DNA of 64,000 bases, from NCBI GenBank assembly GCA_010093995.1, contig ML992505.1, positions 1,718,670 to 1,782,669 on the forward strand. Direction: 5' to 3'. This document shows, piece after piece, positions 56,451 through 64,000 of the stretch. This DNA is from Elsinoe ampelina (Eukaryota). A program made the translations under genes and the position numbers. A model generated the notes under the pieces. It was not told where the DNA came from, did not search any database, and saw nothing but the letters and a program-made list of their open reading frames with translations. The first letter of the stretch is position 1, and every line of letters starts with the position of its first letter.

Positions 56451-57717
56451 CTACGCGCTTAACGGCACATCGTCATATTCCTTCCTCATAAATATCCTCA
56501 TCTGTTCCAAGCCATCTTTCAGGGTCTGGGTATGGTTCACGTAGCCCACTCGGACATAGCCCTTGAATTCATCTCCAAATGCCCTGTCTCCCGGGACTAG
56601 CATCACGCCCGTCTTCTCCATCAGCCGCTTGCTCAGCTCGACCGCGTCGACCGGCTTTCCATCTCTTTCAAACTTCACAAAAGCGGTTGTGCCAGCGACC
56701 GGCTTGACCCAGCTACAGAACTCGTCGTGTTTGATAATGAACTTCTCGAGAAGCTCAAGATTGGCTTTTGCGAGCTGGATATTCCGCGACAGGAGATTGT
56801 GTATCGTCTCTGGTGAAAGAGCAAATGCGGCGACTTGTTGGTCGAGAATGCTCACACTGATGGTGGTGTAATCTCTCGCCTTTGCTATCTCCTCAATTGT
56901 ATCACGGTCGCGAGCTGCGATCCAGCCACAGCGAATGCCGGCTAGCGAGTAAGCTTTTGACAAAGAACCGGTAGCTATCGTCCTTTTGTACCCCATTGAA
57001 AGAATAGAAGGTGGAAACCCCTCGTCCATTGGTGTGATGCCGTGAAACAGTGGTCGGTATACTTCATCGCTGAGTATGGTTATCTTGTGCTCCTCTGCAA
57101 TAGCTATGATCTCTTCAAGCTGTGGTTTGGGAATGATGGCGCCAGTTGGATTTTGAGGATTGTTCAGAACTAGCAGCTTCGTGTTTGGCTTGATCAGTTT
57201 CTTGAAGACCTCGATGTCGAGTTTCCAACCATCCGTGGGATCTGCTTTCCAAAGATCGACTTCGGCGCCTAGGGATCTGGGAACATCGTATAAAGCCTGG
57301 TACGTAGGGTAGTGGCAAATGACATGGTCCCCAGGTCCCACTAGAGCATCGAAAACAAGAAAGTTGGCAGAGATGGCGCCCGGTTGAATCAGAATGTTGT
57401 CTGCAGGCAAAGGTGTACCAACTTTGGAAGAGTACAGTCGTGCCAGATTGTCTCGAAGGGCTGTTGCTCCTCTGATCTCTCCATACGTGAGAGCGGTGGA
57501 CAGATCCACAATCTTGTCTGGTTTCGAATCTGAGAGTGAGGCTAGTTCGTTGACTGATATCGATGCACAGCAAGTCTCTGCAATGTTGTATTTGGCAATT
57601 GTCTCATACTCGTCCATCCACTGCACAGTATCAGCTTCGAAAGTTGTGTTTGTCTTCCGGACGTGTGAACGACAAAGTACGTACCTGCTCGACGTGGAAT
57701 GGCTCGATCTTGACCAT
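56451..57717 (-). CDS. PLP-dependent class I/II aminotransferase
   Basis: MVKIEPFHVEQ|WMDEYE (intron 57621-57684), YGEIRG, NNPQNPTG, SDEVY, GSLSKAYSLAGIR.GW, GYVRVGY. Confidence 0.9.
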
Positions 57718-58209
57718 GACAGCAGTGAAATGGGTTTCTGTCAGAGACGAAGTTCTAGAATACGCATGCACGTATATCCAGTCTTAATAGAGCCAATTTG
57801 AGAGTGTCCCAGTCTACGCCGTACCCCCGACATACAGCGGAGTTCGGAGTATCCCAACTCTCGCCTGATCCTTCCATCTGCTCGTTGCGGGGAGATTGCG
57901 GCTCTGCGGGAGTCTCGTCGATGACGGCGGCGCTCCGGGCGGTTGATTTGCTAGCGCTGTTTGACCGAAGCTGGTGATTCGTCGTTGGCATTCTAGCTCG
58001 ATTCAGCCATTCTTGACACTGCCCTCCACTCCACCCTCTTCTACTATTGTCACTCTGTCGCCTTGCAAGTCGAGATATCTCCGGGACAGAACGCCACTCC
58101 TTCTGTTCATATCACTATACCACTCCTCACGACTCCCAGCGGGCAAAGAGCGACAGGAGCGGCTATCAACTACCCGCCACCTCGGTGATCGCCTTATCAG
58201 AAGCTCACT

Positions 58210-61200
58210 ATGCTGGTGCGATCATGGCTTGCCACGACAGCTTGCCTGGTAGCACTCTCGCCATCGACCTTTGGACAGCGTATCAAGTACAATAATGCGA
58301 CCACCTCTACGTTACTCCGCACACCTTTCTCAATCTATGGCGATCGACCTGACAACTGCCCTCCCTGCTTCAATTGCAACCTCGAAGACTTCAAGTGCCA
58401 ACAATTCGCCAACTGCTCAAAGGCGAGTGGAAGATGTGCGTGTCCAAGTGGATTCGGAGGGGAAGACTGTTCACAACCACTGTGCGGGTCACTAGCGGAT
58501 GGGAACAACAGGTTGCCACGAGGAGAAGAGCATGACTGTCAATGTAAAGAGGGCTGGGAAGGTATCAACTGCAACGTATGCAAGACCAACGATGCATGTA
58601 ATGCTTTGATGCCGGAAGGAGAAGGTGGTATCTGCTTCAGAGAGGGTCTGGTTGTCAAGGAAAACTACCAGATGTGCGATGTCACAAACAAGAAGATTCT
58701 CGATCAACTCAAGGAACAAAAGCCTCAAGTCACCTTCTCATGTAACGCTGATCGAGAAGAGTGCAACTTTCAGTGTATGTCATCCTGGGCTGAATGTGGG
58801 AAATTACTGACAAAGAAATACAGTCTGGGTTGACCAAAAAGAATCCTTCTACTGCGCCCTTGACCACTGTGCATGGTCTGCCGAAGCCACAGACACTCGC
58901 AACTCAACTCATTACAAATGTGATAACATCAAATGTCGGTGCATACCTGGCAGGATGCTCTGTGGAGAAGAAGGATCCATTGATATTGGCGAATTTCTGG
59001 AAGAAGATATCAAGGGACCGGCGTCGTTCTCGACCACATCCGAAGAGGGCACTGGATCAACCAGCAAGTTCGACGAGCCCGCGATGAACCAGCTCATCTC
59101 AGACGTGTTCGGCGACCCAACCATCACGCTATCGTGTGGATCTGGCGAATGCTTGTACAAGACCGATGTGCCCGGATACGAAAGGCCTGTCAAGAAGATC
59201 AACACTCCTCTGATTGCCGGTGTTATCGCTGGTTGTGGAATCTTCATTGTCGTCGTCATACTCCTGGTCTATTTCCTATCACGGCGCTCTTCGCAAAAAC
59301 ATGGACCAATTCACCTCTCGGACGATGAATACGAAGACAATGCTGCTCTCATGGCCAACCACAAGCCGGCGTCATTGTCCTTTGAGAAGGTGGCATACAA
59401 TCTCAAAGGCAAGCAGATCTTGTACGATATATCTGGTCAGGTCCATCCTGGTCAGCTTATGGCCATTATGGGAGCTTCTGGTGCTGGTAAAACGACATTC
59501 CTTGACATTCTAGCTCGCAAGAACAAACGAGGAGTCGCGAATGGCAGCTTCTATGTCAACGGACAAAAGATCCCGGATGACGACTTCAGGAGCGTCATTG
59601 GATTCGTAGACCAGGACGATACCATGCTGCCTACTCTCACTGTTCACGAGACGATCATGGACAGCGCGTTGCTCAGGCTGCCTAGGGACATGTCAATTAT
59701 TGCAAAAGAGCAAAAGGTTGAGGACGTCGAGAGGCAGCTCGGCATCTATCACATCAGGGATCAGCTCATTGGGTCTGAAGAGGGCAGTGGACGAGGCATT
59801 TCAGGTGGTGAAAAGCGCCGAGTCGGCATTGCCTGTGAGCTCGTCACAAGTCCTAGTATTCTCTTCCTCGATGAGCCTACTAGTGGTCTCGACGCCTACA
59901 ACGCCTTCAACGTTGTCGAGTGCCTAGTGAACCTGGTCAAGACTTACAACAGAACTGTCATCTTCACTATTCATCAGCCGCGCTCGAATATCGTGGCGCT
60001 TTTCGACCAACTCGTCCTCCTTGCGAAGGGTAGGACAGTCTACTCGGGTCCTTTCCAGACCTGCCAAAGCTATTTCGACAGCATAGGCTACGCTTGTCCG
60101 CCTGGTTTCAATATTGCAGATTACCTCGTTGATCTCACAATGCATGCTAGTGCGAGCAGGTACTCGGACGATTCGGATGGCAACCTCTTCAGCCCGCGTG
60201 GTGAAGGTGATACTACTCGTGCTAGCAGCGCTATAGCAGTCAAGTCCATTCTCAGCACCAACAATGACAGCTTGGACGGTCCAGCAAGCCCGCCTAGCAA
60301 CGCTACAAGACCAGGTGCAAACCGCAAGGCGTCAGTCCGTCAACAACAAGAGCGACAACTCTTCTCCCGCAAGAAGACTCAAGAACCTGGTACACCGCAG
60401 ACAACAGCCTCGTCCAATATTGGCGACAGGGACAATGATGGTCAGTGGCTCAAGCTCTCCAGAAAGCTCAACTTCACGTCTTCTGGACCTGTTGAAGATC
60501 CCGACAATATTCCGCCTGCCGCTCCTGGTGCTACTGGCACCAATCTCGATGGTCTCGTAGCCGCATTCAAGGAATCTGAAGTCTTCACATCTTTGACAGA
60601 GGATATCCATACTGCTGTTTCGAATGGTAGCGAGACTCCGAACGGCGTCAATGGCAACGGCACTTTGCAGCATTCCATCTCCAATCCTGTTGTCAAAGGA
60701 TACCGCAAGACCGGTCTGATTGGTCAATTCGTTATTCTCTCACGACGTACTTGGCGGAACCTGTACCGCAACCCGATGCTCATGCTTACTCACTACGCCA
60801 TTGCAATTCTCCTGGCTGTCCTCATCGGCTGGCTCTTCTACGGACTTACGGATGATATGGCAGGCTTCCAGAACCGCCTTGGATTCTTCTTCTTCCTGCT
60901 CGCGCTCTTTGGTTTCAGCACCCTTTCGTCGCTCACAGTCTTTGCGCCTGAACGACTACTATTCGTCCGCGAGAGAGCCAAGGGCTACTACGCTCCCATC
61001 TCCTACTACGCGGCAAAGGTCATCTTCGACATTGTACCACTTCGTCTCATCCCTCCGATTCTCATGGGCGCCATTGTCTACCCAATGACCGGTCTCATTC
61101 CAGCATGGCCAGAGTTTGCAAAATTCATGTTGTTCATAGTGCTCTTCAACCTTGCAGCTGCCACCATGTGCCTGTTCATCGGCATCATGATTCGCAATGG

Positions 61201-61595
61201 AGGCGTAGCGAATTTGTTGGGAGTGCTTGTTATGCTCTTCAGTCTACTGTTTAGCGGCTTCCTATTGAATCACCATACCATTCCAAAGGCTGTCTTGTGG
61301 CTGCAGACTGTAAGTTCTTCTCCTCCTATTCGATCTTGACTCATACTAATCGTTGCAGTTGTCAATATTCCATTATGGCTTTGAAGGTCTCCTCGTCAAT
61401 GAGGTTTACCCGCTTTCTTTGATTGATCACAAGTACGGTCTGGACATTGAGGTTCCAGGTTCCACGATTCTGAGTACCTTTGGCTTCAACAATCTCGCAC
61501 TGTGGTCTGATGCCGTTGGACTTGCTGTATGGTGTGGCATTTTCTTGGTTTTGGGATACGCTGCCATGCATTTCGTGCTGGTCGAGAGGCGATAA
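58210..61595 (+). CDS. ADP1: Adp1-type ABCG half-transporter with N-terminal EGF-like domains
   Basis: Signal peptide, CPPCFNC and EGF Cys pattern, [33 protein letters not shown]2 TMD. Introns at ~58775-58823 and ~61310-61358. Confidence 0.95.
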
Positions 61596-61978
61596 ACTAA
61601 TGCATCGCGAGAGGAAGGAGACATCCAGGCTTGCCTCTGTATGGCGCCTTGGCGTACTGTATATACTGTGACTAGTACAAATTATTGCATCTCACTGAAT
61701 GTGCACCAAAAGCACGTGACAAGGTCGAGAAATAGTGGGTCTGTCGTAACAGTGACATCGGCTAAATCTGAAAGCTGCGGACCTGCAACTCCGCCTTTAT
61801 TTTGGTATTGACAAGGATATTCAACAAATATCACAAGCAGCTGCTCAACAATCGCATTACAGCTTCAATCGAATCAGCAGACCTTCAAATCGTCCAGCAT
61901 CGACATCACCACAAAGCAAACACCACATTCCCACACCTCCCCCAGCACAAGCCGTTCAACCCCGCCACCAACCCCACC

Positions 61979-63340
61979 ATGGCCTCCTCCGACATCCAAA
62001 ACCTAACCATCACAACCCCTTACCTCGCACTGGACACCAAACTCGGCGAAGGACCCTACTGGCACGCCCCCACCAACACCCTCCGCATGGTGGATATCGT
62101 CCGCAAACACCTCTACCAAATCCCGCTCTCGACCCCGCCTTCCTCCCCCACCGACCTGTCCTCCGTCCGCAAGTTCGAGCTCACTCACAGCGTTGGGACG
62201 ACGGCTGAACTCGCTGGGGAAGGGGAGGATGGTGGAGGGAGGTTTGTCTTTGGTGGCAAGGCGGGGGTGGGGGTCATGGATAAGGGGACGGGGGAGTGGC
62301 GGTATGTGGCGAGGTGGTGGGGTGAGGGGGAGGGGGAGGGGAGGGAGGAGAAGGAGAGGTTGTTTAGGGGGAATGATGGGGCGGTGGATAGGAGGGGGAG
62401 GTATTTCTTGGGGGTCATGAATGATCCTATGGAAGGGGAGATTAAGAATGAAGGTGAGTAGGTCATGTGCTGGGGTGGGAAGTGCTGGGGAACCTGAAGT
62501 CATTGCTGGTAAAGGCGACAAGCGTATTGTTGGTAAGCGGAGGGTCGCCGGCAAGACGGACGGAAACCATTTGTGCATACAGTATATTGCTTGCTACTCT
62601 CGGGTTCGAGACACGCAGGGCGGTAATACGCGGTCGGTGTGTCCGATCTGGACACTTGAGCATTTCAGAAAAGTGCAAGGATCTGTTTCAGCTGAAAGTC
62701 GCCAACAGGGCACCTTTGAGCGCTTCAGATGTGACGCGCAAGCTGTACTAAGCATCACATTCGGAATCCGGATGCGATCTGACTACAAATGTTACAATAT
62801 AGGGCTTCAGGCTGACTATCGTCTACAGGTGTCGTCTTCAGATTAGATCCCAATCTATCACTGCACAAAATCTTGGAACCCGTTGCCATTCCCAATGGTA
62901 TTTCTTGGTCCTTGGACGACAAGCACATCTACTTCACGAGCAGTACCGATAATGCCATCACCAAGTATCCCTATGACGTGGAGAGTGGCGACGTCGACTT
63001 CAAATCTGGCGAGGTCTTCTTCAAGTGCCCATACGAGGGCGGAGTGCCTGATGGTCATGCACGGGACGCAGAGGGCTGTTTCTGGATCGCTCTCTACGGT
63101 GTTGGCAAAGTGGTGAGAGTCAATGAACAAGGCAGGATCTTGGTCGAGATCAGTCTTCCGACTCGTTGCATCACTTGCCCTGCAATTGCCGGCGAGGACC
63201 TCTACATTACCTGTGCTGAAGAGTCAGACCCAGACAAGCACCCGGAAAGTGCAAAGTATCAAGGCGGTCTCTTCAAGATTAACATTGGTGTCAAGGGGGC
63301 GCCTCTGAACGAGTTCAAGCCAGCCAAGAAGTTGGCTTGA
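61979..63340 (+). CDS. Regucalcin / SMP-30 / gluconolactonase family protein
   Basis: LGEGPYW, RGNDGAVDRRGRY, then after a 375-nt intron (62454-62828) GVVFRLDP, IPNGISWS, PDGHARD.EGCFW, TCPAIAGEDLYIT. Confidence 0.9.
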
Positions 63341-64000
63341 TGACCTTCGCGGCAGTCATCCTGCTGTGCCGCTCTAATAGCCAAGAAGGCTAGACGGCTT
63401 CAAGTGGTATTTTTGCGATTGGATGACATTGGGGGATTACCATCTCACGTGGCAGTGTCATGCGTGGTTGTTGAGTCGGTGGAAAGGTGGCTGCATGAAG
63501 GATGAGATCTTAGCGACAGTCGGGTCAGGCCACTCAGATGGTTGGTTCGTGACTTTGCTGAGAGGATCCTGAATGGCTGCAAACTAATCAATAAGAGACA
63601 AGTCAAGAAAAGCCTCATGTCATATTTACACCTCGGCTATTCGTATTATTCCTCATCATGAGGATTCTTGAAGCTCGCGAAAACGACATGAAGATCTTCA
63701 CGGCTGCATCCAGGCGGCTGAGGTGGTTTCGCGTGCTGCACCACGTGCTCCTTCACCTTCCTTCTGCTACAACAGGCACATATTTGCAGATCTACAACGT
63801 GTTGACGAAGATCAGTCCGGACTCCCCCACGGGAGAGGCCTTTGAGACGCGTTTCGGGATCCTCAAATTCAAGCGAGGCTTTGAAGTGGCTGGCTGGCGA
63901 TGGATTGAGGCGGCAAGCAGCTTATCTTGTTGTACATAACTCGATGAGTAAACGTGGGAGAGCATGAAAGGTGAGGCTGTACGGGAATCCAACAAAACGA

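Noticed and set aside
63341..64000. ORFs at the window end
   Set aside because: Short, truncated context and no recognisable features.

Overview
Compact, gene-dense eukaryotic DNA from a filamentous ascomycete (Pezizomycotina). The evidence is short (~46-64 nt) GT..CTRAY..AG introns and fungal orthologues; a finer taxon cannot be read from the sequence. About 30 genes are present, mostly housekeeping: CET1, BNA4/KMO, MAP1, SRS2, an ABHD12-like hydrolase, a SUT-like transporter, SWC3, COX10, NMT1, glutaminyl cyclase, Sip1/GH36, JIP5, pyruvate kinase, PRP17, ERV14, MEF1, ADP1 and regucalcin. Accessory material: (i) an orphan island at 19.8-26.7 kb with a degenerate GIY-YIG-like gene, a coiled-coil gene and two disrupted ORFs; (ii) three paralogous intronless F-box/LRR-like genes at 43.7-48.5 kb; (iii) a Kex2-processed 8-Cys secreted Y3-like protein. 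The most striking unexplained signal is at least nine ~0.6-1.3 kb domains in which the + strand flips from extreme C-richness to extreme G-richness. The polarity is always the same regardless of gene orientation, and it visibly reshapes the encoded proteins. No tRNA, rRNA, intact transposon or CRISPR array was recognised. All product calls come from motif recognition by eye, not from database searches.
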